In this document: positions 37,993 to 46,119 of the stretch, one piece after another
Layout: every line of letters starts with the position of its first letter
How positions within the stretch are numbered: the first letter of the stretch is position 1
Source: Candidatus Latescibacterota bacterium
Lineage (GTDB): Bacteria; Latescibacterota; UBA2968; UBA8231
Length of the DNA: 64,000 nucleotides
Reading direction: 5' to 3'
Assembly (NCBI GenBank): GCA_965217585.1
Contig: OZ244561.1
Location: 6,496,001-6,560,000, forward strand
Program-made: the position numbers and the translations under genes
Notes under the pieces: generated by a model
What the model saw: the letters and a program-made list of their open reading frames with translations, nothing else
What the model was told of the DNA's origin: nothing
Database searches by the model: none

Positions 37993-38087
37993 TGCTGTAA
38001 GCCTTGATGGTCTTGTTTAATTGTTGCTAATAGATAAGGCATACGAGTCCACAAGGGCAAATGCCGGCCCTTGTAGCTTCCCGCTCG

Positions 38088-39449
38088 CTACGCTTGGATA
38101 GCGGCCTCTAGCGCCGCTTGCCGCATGGCCGCGCGTTCGGCCGGGTCGCTCCAGCGCTGGACGATCAGCGGGTCGAGCGCATCTAGGGGATCGTAATAAA
38201 AGAAGAACTCGCCGGGCCGCACGGCCGGACTGGTAAATACGGCGATGCCCGTCTGGCGATCGTAGTGTTCGTAGGAGTGGACATCGCGTTTCCCACCGCC
38301 CCCCATAGTGTCGAGCACAAAGGCCGGCGTATTGAACCCAGCGGTCCGCCCCCGAACCGACTTCTCCAAGTCGATCGCCGTCGCTAAGGTCGTGCGCAGC
38401 TCTTCGACCCCGCGAACCATATCGTGGACAAAGGTGTAATACGGATGCACGTTGAGGTAGCTGAGCCGCCGCACGAGATCCTGCATGGTGTCGACGTCGT
38501 CATTGACGTCCTTTTGCAAGACGGTTTGGTTGCGCACGCAGATGCCGCGCTCCATCAATTCGTCGAGTGCGAGGCCACTGATGGCCGTGATTTCGCGCGG
38601 GTGGTTGAAATGCGTGTGCAGCGCGACTTCCTTGTGAACCTTGCGCCCCGCTTCGACAACTCGTGTAAGGGCATCGACCCACTCTCGGTCTGTGACGAGT
38701 TTCTGCGGCATAATCGCCGGAGCCTTCGTCGCGTAGCGCATCCGCCGCACATGCTCAATGTTGAGCAAGCGAGTACCGATGTATTCGATGTGTTCGGCCT
38801 TGAGGTTGGCCACATCGCCGCCGCTGATGACGATGTCTTCTAACTCGGGTCGCGAAGAGATATAAGCAAAAACCTGCTCCCACCGCTGGACAACAGCCCC
38901 AAAATGCACTTTTTCCACATCCTCGGTATCCAACCCTACCGCATAAGAGCGGGTGCAGAAACGACAGTACACCGGACAGGTATCAAGCGTCAGAAACAGC
39001 GCCCGGTCGGCATAGCGATGCGTCAGGCCCGGCACGGGGGAATCCATTTGTTCGTGCAGCGAATCTAGGGCGAGCTCCGGGTGATCGGGCCGCATACGCG
39101 ACCCCATGGGCAGAAACTGAATGCGCAGCGGATCCTCGGCTGGCTCCGACCAGTCGATCAAGCTCAGCAGGTACGGGGAAATCCGCAGGCTCATCGGCGA
39201 GCGCAAAAGCCCCTGCTCGACATCTCGATAAAACGCCTCTGGAACGAGGCTACCGAGCACCTCGCGCAGCTTCTTCAGGCTCGTCACGCTATTGCGGCTC
39301 TGAAAGCGGTGCTCGTGGAACTCATCTGCACGCAAATCGGCATAGGCGGGGATAACGCGCCAATACTCGTCGTCGCGCAAGTCCCAGTGGGATATATCGA
39401 GTACCGCGCTGGTAGGCGGCGTCAGTACCTGCTCTTGAATCTCAGACAT
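38088..39449 (-). CDS. KamA-family radical SAM aminomutase (lysine 2,3-aminomutase-like)
   Basis: GLTHRY, CPVYCRFCTR, SGGD, THFNHPRE, NQTVL, PYY, GGGGK (PLP lysine). Confidence 0.88.
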   Translation of the reverse strand: MSEIQEQVLTPPTSAVLDISHWDLRDDEYWRVIPAYADLRADEFHEHRFQSRNSVTSLKKLREVLGSLVPEAFYRDVEQGLLRSPMSLRISPYLLSLIDWSEPAEDPLRIQFLPMGSRMRPDHPELALDSLHEQMDSPVPGLTHRYADRALFLTLDTCPVYCRFCTRSYAVGLDTEDVEKVHFGAVVQRWEQVFAYISSRPELEDIVISGGDVANLKAEHIEYIGTRLLNIEHVRRMRYATKAPAIMPQKLVTDREWVDALTRVVEAGRKVHKEVALHTHFNHPREITAISGLALDELMERGICVRNQTVLQKDVNDDVDTMQDLVRRLSYLNVHPYYTFVHDMVRGVEELRTTLATAIDLEKSVRGRTAGFNTPAFVLDTMGGGGKRDVHSYEHYDRQTGIAVFTSPAVRPGEFFFYYDPLDALDPLIVQRWSDPAERAAMRQAALEAAIQA

Positions 39450-39468
39450 GGGTTTGTCCCGTGCTGCT

Positions 39469-40095
39469 TCAATTTTTCTTGATTAAATTGAAAAATTCCT
39501 CGCGCACTATCGGCTCGGCAAAACGGCCCCGGAGCGCCGAAGTGGTCGTCACCGCTCCAGGCCTTTCCACCCCCCGCATCTCCATACACAAATGCCGGGC
39601 CTCCATTACGACGATGGATCCTTTGGGTGCCAGCTTCGCTTCGAGGAAGTCCACAATTTGCTTGGTGAGACGTTCTTGAAGCTGGGGCCGGCGGGCATAG
39701 AATTCGACGACGCGCACGATTTTGCTCAAGCCGACGATGGCGTCCCCAGGTATGTAGGCTATGTGCGCCTTGCCGAAGAACGGGATCATGTGGTGGGAAC
39801 AAACCGAAAAGAACTCAATGTCCTTGACGATCACCATGTTGCCGTAGCCATCGCTATTGGGAAAGCAGGTAATCTCCGGTTCGCCTTGGTCGTCCAGTTC
39901 CCGAAAGATCTCCATGTACATCCGCCCGACGCGGTCTGGGGTACCCCGCAAGTGCGGATCGTTCAAGTCGAGCTCCAAAACCTGCATGATTTGGGCGAAG
40001 TGACCGGCTATTTCGGCAGCCTTGGCCTTGTTCTGGCCCTGGAGCCAGCTCGGGGTATCTCGCTCGCTAAGCGGCCCTGTCGTCGCATCTTCCAT
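39469..40095 (-). CDS. folE: GTP cyclohydrolase I
   Basis: TPDRV, CSHHMIPFFG, GLSK, RRPQLQERLT, HLCMEMRG. Confidence 0.95.
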   Translation of the reverse strand: MEDATTGPLSERDTPSWLQGQNKAKAAEIAGHFAQIMQVLELDLNDPHLRGTPDRVGRMYMEIFRELDDQGEPEITCFPNSDGYGNMVIVKDIEFFSVCSHHMIPFFGKAHIAYIPGDAIVGLSKIVRVVEFYARRPQLQERLTKQIVDFLEAKLAPKGSIVVMEARHLCMEMRGVERPGAVTTTSALRGRFAEPIVREEFFNLIKKN

Positions 40096-40125
40096 TGCGT
40101 GCTTTCCTTTGCGGGCACTATAAAC

Positions 40126-40158
40126 AGTGGGGCAAAGCCGTTTGTGCCTTGCCCCACT
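40126..40158 (-). terminator. Hairpin between the peroxiredoxin gene and folE
   Basis: AGTGGGGCAA(40126-40135)/TTGCCCCACT(40149-40158); weak U-tract. Confidence 0.45.
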
Positions 40159-40179
40159 CTACTGCGAAAACGAAGTGCT

Positions 40180-40647
40180 TCAGTTGAGCGATTGCAAACA
40201 AGCCCTGATCGCCGCAAAATCTGGCAGGACCTTGGGATTGTCGGACACCCAAGCGTAGCGTACGGTGCCTTGCCCATCGACGACAAAAGCCGAGCGCTTG
40301 GCAACGCCTCTGAAGCCCAACAAGTCTTCGTGCTGGGCACCGTACGCAGCGGATACCTCCTTGTTGAAATCGCTGAGCAGCGGAATCTCAATGCCTTCCT
40401 TTTCGGCCCAAGCGCTGAGGCTAAACGGACTATCGACGCTGATTCCCAAAACTTGGGCATCGAGCTCCTGGTACGCATTGATTCCAGCGGAAATCTCGCA
40501 CAACTCCTGCGTACAGACGCCAGTGAAGGCCAGCGGCACGAAGAGCAAGACGACGTTTTTACCGGCGAACTCTCCAAGGCTTACGTCCTCCATGTCCGCA
40601 TTCTTGAGGGTGAACGCAGGCGCGTTGTCTCCTACTTGAATCGCCAT
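40180..40647 (-). CDS. Peroxiredoxin (AhpC/TSA, AhpE-like)
   Basis: PLAFTGVCTQELC, GISVDSPF, LLSDF, AKRSAFVVD. Confidence 0.9.
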   Translation of the reverse strand: MAIQVGDNAPAFTLKNADMEDVSLGEFAGKNVVLLFVPLAFTGVCTQELCEISAGINAYQELDAQVLGISVDSPFSLSAWAEKEGIEIPLLSDFNKEVSAAYGAQHEDLLGFRGVAKRSAFVVDGQGTVRYAWVSDNPKVLPDFAAIRACLQSLN

Positions 40648-40650
40648 CTG

Positions 40651-41271
40651 CTAACTCCCCATCGCCTCGGCAAAGCGGCGATTGACTTCGTTCCAGTTGA
40701 TGACCTTGGTCCAAGCCTCGATGTAGTCGGGGCGGCGGTTCTGGTAGTTGAGGTAATAGGCGTGTTCCCAGACATCGATGCCGAGGATGGGCACTCCGTC
40801 GCCGGTCATTAGGGGATTATCTTGGTTGGCAGTGCTGAGGAGGTCTAGCTTGCCGTCCTTGACTACGACCCAAGCCCAGCCGCTGCCGAACCGTTTGGTT
40901 GCGGCGTCCACGAAGGCTTGGTGAGCCTCGTCTTGGCTACCGATTGCGGCTTCCACGGCAGCCAGAAATTCGGCCGAAGGCTCGCCGCGCTCCCCTGCTG
41001 GAGCCATGATCTGCCAAAACAGGCTGTGGTTGGCATGACCGCCGCCGTGGTTGCGCACCGCCGTGCGGATGCTCTCGGGGACGGCGTCGAGGTCACTGAT
41101 GAGGTCTTCGACGCTTTTAGCGGCCAAGTCATCGTGCCCTTCGAGCGCGGTGTTGAGGCTGGTCACATAGGTATTGTGATGCTTGGTGTGGTGAATCTCC
41201 ATGGTGCGGGCGTCTATGACAGGCTCTAGCGCGTCATAGGCATAGGGGAGATCGGGAAGAGAGTGAGCCAT
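40651..41271 (-). CDS. sodA: Mn/Fe superoxide dismutase
   Basis: [37 protein letters not shown]. Confidence 0.93.
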   Translation of the reverse strand: MAHSLPDLPYAYDALEPVIDARTMEIHHTKHHNTYVTSLNTALEGHDDLAAKSVEDLISDLDAVPESIRTAVRNHGGGHANHSLFWQIMAPAGERGEPSAEFLAAVEAAIGSQDEAHQAFVDAATKRFGSGWAWVVVKDGKLDLLSTANQDNPLMTGDGVPILGIDVWEHAYYLNYQNRRPDYIEAWTKVINWNEVNRRFAEAMGS

Positions 41272-41316
41272 GGTGCAATCCTTTCGGCTTGAGGTTAAAA
41301 TGCAAGAGTAAATGCG

Positions 41317-41694
41317 TTAAGAGATCGTATTGGCTTGGTAGTTTTTCACTAAGGCCCGAGTCGCATCAGCGGCTAATTGGGCGGCGTGGCGCTTCATGGG
41401 TGGTAGCCCTCCTAGCGCCTCTTCAATAGCTGCCGGCTCTAGCTGGGCGGCGTCCACCAGCAACAAGTCTGCCAGCAATTCGGTGAGCACCGAACCAGCC
41501 GCGACCGAAGGCGCGCAGCCAAAGGTCTTGCAGCTAGCGCGGACGATGCGACCGTCTTCGACGCGGGCAAAAAGCTGCATCGCATCGCCGCAGGCCTGAT
41601 TCTCAGCTTGCCCCGAGGCATTGGCATCACCGATTTGCCCAGCGTTGCGGGGATGCCGGTAGTGGTCGAAAACTGCTGCGCTAAAGGAGGTCAT
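41317..41694 (-). CDS. IscU/NifU-N-like Fe-S scaffold protein
   Basis: DHYRHPRNAG, ACGD, FGC, LGGLPPMKRH; the third canonical Cys is replaced by Ala. Confidence 0.85.
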   Translation of the reverse strand: MTSFSAAVFDHYRHPRNAGQIGDANASGQAENQACGDAMQLFARVEDGRIVRASCKTFGCAPSVAAGSVLTELLADLLLVDAAQLEPAAIEEALGGLPPMKRHAAQLAADATRALVKNYQANTIS

Positions 41695-41740
41695 TTACTC
41701 GCTTCAACAGCATAGTGAAGAGGTCCGAGAAACGGGTTGT

Positions 41741-41769
41741 ATAATACTTGGGACCGAGAGGATTGTCAA
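41741..41769 (-). promoter_or_regulatory. sigma70-type promoter for the iscU-like gene
   Basis: Minus strand TTGACA-17 nt-TATTAT. Confidence 0.65.
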
Positions 41770-41819
41770 CCACACATCCCCCTGAACTGCAATCTATACA
41801 ACGAGTTAGAGCCACCGTA

Positions 41820-42143
41820 TCAGGCATTGAGGCCACCGGAACCACCCGGACCACCAGAACCGCAATCCCGCCAGTAGGTCCGCACCATCTGCAAGATGTC
41901 CCAGAGTATGGTATCCTTAGCTACTTGATCGATCAACACGTGCAGCCTCGCGGCCTTCTCAGGTTCGATCAGCCCCAGTCCGCTCATCATCGTCAGGTGG
42001 TGGATCAAGCCCGTTTGCAACAACGTTCGGTTCATGTCCGAAAGGGGGATACTGCTTTTGTTGGCGAACTCCTCTTCGAGGCCGGCATAGAGTTCGGCCA
42101 AGCTGTGGGAAAGTGTGGTCTCGACTTTGTAAACTTTTTCCAT
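41820..42143 (-). CDS. Hypothetical 107-aa protein, possible ribbon-helix-helix N-terminus
   Basis: GAGG RBS; own promoter-like TTGACA-16-TATATT (42201-42174); beta-alpha-alpha pattern. Confidence 0.65.
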   Translation of the reverse strand: MEKVYKVETTLSHSLAELYAGLEEEFANKSSIPLSDMNRTLLQTGLIHHLTMMSGLGLIEPEKAARLHVLIDQVAKDTILWDILQMVRTYWRDCGSGGPGGSGGLNA

Positions 42144-42229
42144 GCGCCTCTTGCCCGTGTGGGAGCCTCGGTTAATATACCCGGCGCGTTCCCACTGTCA
42201 ACAAGACTCGGCCCGGAGGACGCGGTTGG

Positions 42230-43654
42230 TCATTTGGCGGTGATTCGGTATTTGCGGAGCAAATGTCGAAAGCGATCGTAGGTCAAGCCCAATTGCTGTG
42301 CCGCGTCTTTCTGCCGCCCTCCCACTTTGGCGAGCGCACCGTCGAGCAAGCCCCGCTCGACGCGCGCGACTTGCTCATCGAAACTGCCCCCATCGGGAAG
42401 GGCAACGCCACTGCCGCCGCGTACTTCCGGGGGCAAGTCCTCCACGACCACTTCATCTCCTTGCGCGACGCAGAGGGCGCGCTCGACGGCGAATTTGAGT
42501 TCGCGCACATTGCCCGGCCAAGTGTAGGTCTCGAGCGCGGCCAAAACGCCTTCGGCGAACGGGCGTCGTTCAATCGCAGGCACCTCGTCGCATAGCTGCT
42601 GAGTAAAGTAAGTAACCAAGGGCCGGATGTCCTCGGGCCTCTCCCGCAAGGGCGGTAGCTGGAGCACGCTAAACCGCAGGCGGTCGTAGAGGTCAGCGCG
42701 AAATTGCCCGCTAGCTATTTCCCGCTCCAGATCCGCGTTGGTTGCCGCCACGACGCGAACGTCAACGTGGATCGTCTGCGTCCCACCCGTGCGTTCAAAT
42801 TCTTGGTATTCTATAACGCGCAATACGTTTCTTTGGAAGTCCAGCGAAGTGTTGCCGATCTCGTCGAGAAAGAGCGTGCCGCCATCGGCGGCTTCAAAGC
42901 GGCCGTGGCGCATTTCGGCCGCGCCCGTAAAGGCCCCTTTCTCGTGGCCGAACAGCTCGCTTTCGAGCAAGGTATCCGATAGCGCCGCGCAGTTCATCTT
43001 GACAAAGGCCCGCTCGCGGCGATTGCTCCCGTAGTGCAAGGCGGCGGCGATCAATTCCTTGCCAGTGCCGCGCTCGCCGCAGATCAACACGGGCCGCGGT
43101 ATGGAGGCGATTTGTTCAACTTGCTCTAGCAGGTCCTGAATCAGGGAACTGCGGCTAACAATCTGATAGCGCTGACCTAGCTGGGTCCGGTAAAAGGTAT
43201 TGTCGCGGTCGAGAGTCTCGTTCTCAGCTTTGAGGCGAGCATTTTCGCGCAATACCGCCAACATCCGCTCGACCTTTTCCATCTCCACTTCGAGCTTGTC
43301 CTCAACGTACAAGTCCTTCTCGATAAAATCCGCCGCCCCGGCCTGCACCGCTTCGACCGCCAAGTCAACGCTTCCCTTGCCCGTGAGAATGATAACCGGC
43401 AGCTCGGCCCACTGCTTTTTGATCTCTTTCAACACTTCGAGGCCATTGGGCTGGCCAGCGCCAAAGTCAAAGTCCAGCACCACAAGTTCGACGTCCATCG
43501 GCCTAGCGGCTAGATGCCCGAGCAACCGCTGGCCATTGGAAAACGAGATGACTTCCTTGCCCAAACTGCTCAGCTTCTCCGCCAACATCTCGCGCAATTC
43601 CCGTTGGTCATCAGCTATTAAGACGGCTTTCTGTTTTTTGCCTACCATGACCAT
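42230..43654 (-). CDS. sigma54-dependent response regulator: REC plus PspF-like AAA+ plus HTH
   Basis: REC (IADD, VLD, LTG, IEK); GERGTGKE, ESELFGHEKGAFTGA, LFLDE, RVIEY, FRADLYDRL, WPGNVREL; PspF-like HTH QKDAAQQLGLTYDRFRHLLRKY. Confidence 0.9.
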   Translation of the reverse strand: MVMVGKKQKAVLIADDQRELREMLAEKLSSLGKEVISFSNGQRLLGHLAARPMDVELVVLDFDFGAGQPNGLEVLKEIKKQWAELPVIILTGKGSVDLAVEAVQAGAADFIEKDLYVEDKLEVEMEKVERMLAVLRENARLKAENETLDRDNTFYRTQLGQRYQIVSRSSLIQDLLEQVEQIASIPRPVLICGERGTGKELIAAALHYGSNRRERAFVKMNCAALSDTLLESELFGHEKGAFTGAAEMRHGRFEAADGGTLFLDEIGNTSLDFQRNVLRVIEYQEFERTGGTQTIHVDVRVVAATNADLEREIASGQFRADLYDRLRFSVLQLPPLRERPEDIRPLVTYFTQQLCDEVPAIERRPFAEGVLAALETYTWPGNVRELKFAVERALCVAQGDEVVVEDLPPEVRGGSGVALPDGGSFDEQVARVERGLLDGALAKVGGRQKDAAQQLGLTYDRFRHLLRKYRITAK

Positions 43655-43675
43655 CCTCGTTCAATCACTGAAAGG

Positions 43676-45031
43676 CTAGGTCTGGCCGCCCGCGAAATTG
43701 AGCGGCAGATCGAGCCGAAAAACGGTCCCATGTCCCTTTCTGCTCTTGACGCGCAACACGCCCTGATGGGCCTGGGCAATGCGGCGCGCAATGCTCAAGC
43801 CATAGCCATTGCCCTGCTCCCTAGTGGTAAATCCAGGCTCGAATATCAATTCCAAATGCTCTTCCTCAATGCCTGGCCCATCGTCCTCGACCTCAATAAA
43901 GACCAGCGATTGCTCCTCGTCGTAACCAGTGCCCAGCACCACCCGGCCGCCGCGGTTTTCTTCGAGGATTTCCAAGGCGTTTAGGCAGAGGTTGGTAATG
44001 GCCTCGCGCAGCATCCGCTCGTCTGCCTCCACGCGCGGCAAGCCCTCTTGGACCCGCGTCTGGATCGCGGATTTCCAAGTTTGGCGATCAAATCCGGCGG
44101 CCACTCGTCGCACCAAGCGCCCGAGATCAATCACCGCCGGGTGGATTTTATCCGTTTTCATCGCTTCCAAGAACCCCACCCACTCGTCGTACAGAGCCTC
44201 GTATTCGCCCCCTAAGCGATTCAATTCCCCCCGCTGCGCCTCTTCGGCCTTGCGCCCCAACCCCCGCAAGCGGCTGCCGATGATCCCCATCAGGTTCTTG
44301 ATGCGATGCCCCTTCGTATAAAACCCCTCGTACACCTGCTCCTTTCCCAGCTCGACCATTTCCAGCGACAGACGCGCGAGGACTTGCGGAGCGCTTTGCT
44401 CAAATTCCTCGCAGATATGCTGGTACTCTTGCTCTAATTCAGGGGGTTTTACATGGCGAAAGAACAAACGGGCCAAGTTCGCGTACGGCTGACTGAGCTT
44501 GGGGTCGAGTTGGATGGCGACCTTGAATTCCCCCATCGCTCCCAACACCTGGCCGCCTTGCAGTAAGAGTTGGCCTAAGCTGTTGTGGCCAACTGCCGAA
44601 AGCGGGTTGAGCGCCAGCCCCTGGCGGAACGCGCGGATAGCTTCTCCACGCCGCTGCGGATCTTCGTTGTATTGACTGCCAAGAGCGAAAAAGACGTGAT
44701 CGAGAGCTGGGTATTCGCGTCCCTCCTCGGCCGCGCACACGATGGCTTCAAAGTGCGCCAGCGATCGCTCGCGGAACCGGGCGTTCCGCCGCCCTTGGCG
44801 CATTGCGAGCAAGCCGAGTTGGTAGTGGCTTTCTAGATGCCCGCTCGACGCGGCTGCTTCCAGCGCAGTAATGGCCGCTTGCTCGTCCCCCAGTTCCAAC
44901 AGACAAAGCCCTTTGCGATGCTGAAGCTCCAAGTCGTCGGGCTCCTGCGCTAGGCCGCGCTCGCACCACTCCAGCGCCTCGGCCCAACGCGCACCTTCAC
45001 CGGCCTCTACAGCGCAGTCGAGCCAATTCAC
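43676..45031 (-). CDS. Soluble TPR-repeat sensor histidine kinase
   Basis: TPRs in the N-terminal half; H-box GHRIKN, N-box NLCLNA, DDGPG, FEPGFTT, GNGYGL; no TM segment; GTG start. Confidence 0.88.
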   Translation of the reverse strand: MNWLDCAVEAGEGARWAEALEWCERGLAQEPDDLELQHRKGLCLLELGDEQAAITALEAAASSGHLESHYQLGLLAMRQGRRNARFRERSLAHFEAIVCAAEEGREYPALDHVFFALGSQYNEDPQRRGEAIRAFRQGLALNPLSAVGHNSLGQLLLQGGQVLGAMGEFKVAIQLDPKLSQPYANLARLFFRHVKPPELEQEYQHICEEFEQSAPQVLARLSLEMVELGKEQVYEGFYTKGHRIKNLMGIIGSRLRGLGRKAEEAQRGELNRLGGEYEALYDEWVGFLEAMKTDKIHPAVIDLGRLVRRVAAGFDRQTWKSAIQTRVQEGLPRVEADERMLREAITNLCLNALEILEENRGGRVVLGTGYDEEQSLVFIEVEDDGPGIEEEHLELIFEPGFTTREQGNGYGLSIARRIAQAHQGVLRVKSRKGHGTVFRLDLPLNFAGGQT

Positions 45032-45034
45032 GGT

Positions 45035-45403
45035 CTAGCCTTGCTCTCGCGGGTCTTGGCGCTCCCAAGGTTTAGATTCTGCCCCGTCCATATGGTCGAT
45101 CTTTTCGCTGAGAGCGATCATCACGTCCTGTACCTCAGTCAGCCGCTGCTCGACTGCGGCCAATCGCTCCCGTAGCTCGTCTGACTCAATACCCTTGTCC
45201 TCGGATACAGTCGCCTTGAGCTTGAGGTAGTCGGCAACTTTGGCGATAACAAAAATCGCCACGGCAGCCAACAAGAGCGGCGTCAGAATGACGGGGCCCA
45301 TCAAACCATAGGGGCCGGGGTGGCTAGAAAACGCAGAGTAAAAAAGAACGCACAACGCGATACCAGTGAAGAATCCGAAGACGATCCCCTTATTCTTGTC
45401 CAT
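45035..45403 (-). CDS. Psp-operon membrane/coiled-coil protein, paralog 1
   Basis: 2 TM then EQRLTEVQDVMIALSEKID; AAGGAG RBS. Confidence 0.8.
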   Translation of the reverse strand: MDKNKGIVFGFFTGIALCVLFYSAFSSHPGPYGLMGPVILTPLLLAAVAIFVIAKVADYLKLKATVSEDKGIESDELRERLAAVEQRLTEVQDVMIALSEKIDHMDGAESKPWERQDPREQG

Positions 45404-45858
45404 AATTTAGCTCCTTTCCCTCGCCTCCAGCCGGTCGAATTTCTCGCTAAGGGCGATCATTACGTCCTGTACCTCGGTCAGCCGCTGATCCAGAGTGCTT
45501 ACCCCGTCTCGTAATTCTTTCGCCAGCGATTTTCTAATGGCCTCCTTACCTGACCTTTTACCTTCCATTTTAGGTACTCGATAATTTCGACCGCGACCCA
45601 ACCCGCTATTGTGATTGCCGTCACCGGGACTAAGTATTCAGTAGCCGCGACTTTACCTAGCACAAATGCAAAAGCCGCCAATCCAATGAGTGGTATCAGC
45701 AAACCTATCCCGCCCAGAAGAACTACGACTGTCATCTCTCTTTTATTCATGGTTTAGCCTCTCTTTTCGTTCATCTTTCTCTTCGTCCCTACCCCATCCA
45801 TATAGTCGATTTTCTCGCTGAGGACGATCATCACGTCCTGCACCTCGGTCAGCCGCTG
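45095..45858. repeat. Three 54-bp imperfect direct repeats (45095-45148, 45434-45487, 45805-45858), coding
   Basis: GTCGA...TCGCT...CGATCAT.ACGTCCTG.ACCTC.GTCAGCCGCTG in all three; encodes the shared QRLTEVQDVMIxLSEKxD. Confidence 0.9.
45407..45750 (-). pseudogene. Psp-operon membrane/coiled-coil protein, paralog 2, split by a frameshift
   Basis: TM part in ORF 45499..45750 and the DQRLTEVQDVMIALSEKFD part in ORF 45407..45601 (different frame); total span 344 nt is one short of a multiple of 3. Confidence 0.75.
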
Positions 45859-46017
45859 CTCAACTCGCTCTAGCCGCTTGACGATCAAATCCTCTTCCTC
45901 TTTGGCTTTTTTGTCTCGTCGCTTGCGGCTCGAATAATACTTGTTGCCCCAATTGACCAATCCACTGCACAGGATGATGAGACATACGCCAATGGCGACC
46001 TGCAAAAACCAATTCAT
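45754..46017 (-). CDS. Psp-operon membrane/coiled-coil protein, paralog 3 (PspB-like topology)
   Basis: 1 TM, basic linker, EQRLTEVQDVMIVLSEKID; GGAGG RBS. Confidence 0.8.
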   Translation of the reverse strand: MNWFLQVAIGVCLIILCSGLVNWGNKYYSSRKRRDKKAKEEEDLIVKRLERVEQRLTEVQDVMIVLSEKIDYMDGVGTKRKMNEKRG

Positions 46018-46119
46018 TTGCTCCCTCCCTGTCTGAGCTATGCACGCCCCAGCCGTGAGCGCGTACTATTGAATTGCGGCAAAAATCAGTTCACTCGCTC
46101 CCTCCTCAGCCCGTTTGTA

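Noticed and set aside
37993-38087. 6S RNA upstream of rny
   Set aside because: Only 95 nt of intergenic space with one short hairpin (ACAAGGGC/GCCCTTGT); too short and no zapA
39592-40812. 406-aa plus-strand ORF
   Set aside because: Antisense to folE, peroxiredoxin and sodA, which are well supported
45095-45858. Three 54-bp repeats as a CRISPR array or non-coding repeat
   Set aside because: Spacing is 339-371 bp, differences are largely synonymous, the repeats encode a protein motif, and no cas genes are present
46086-46094. TGA in GTG-AAC-TGA as a selenocysteine codon
   Set aside because: It aligns with a Trp codon of the paralog start, the frame closes again after a few codons (TAG), and no SECIS-like hairpin is evident
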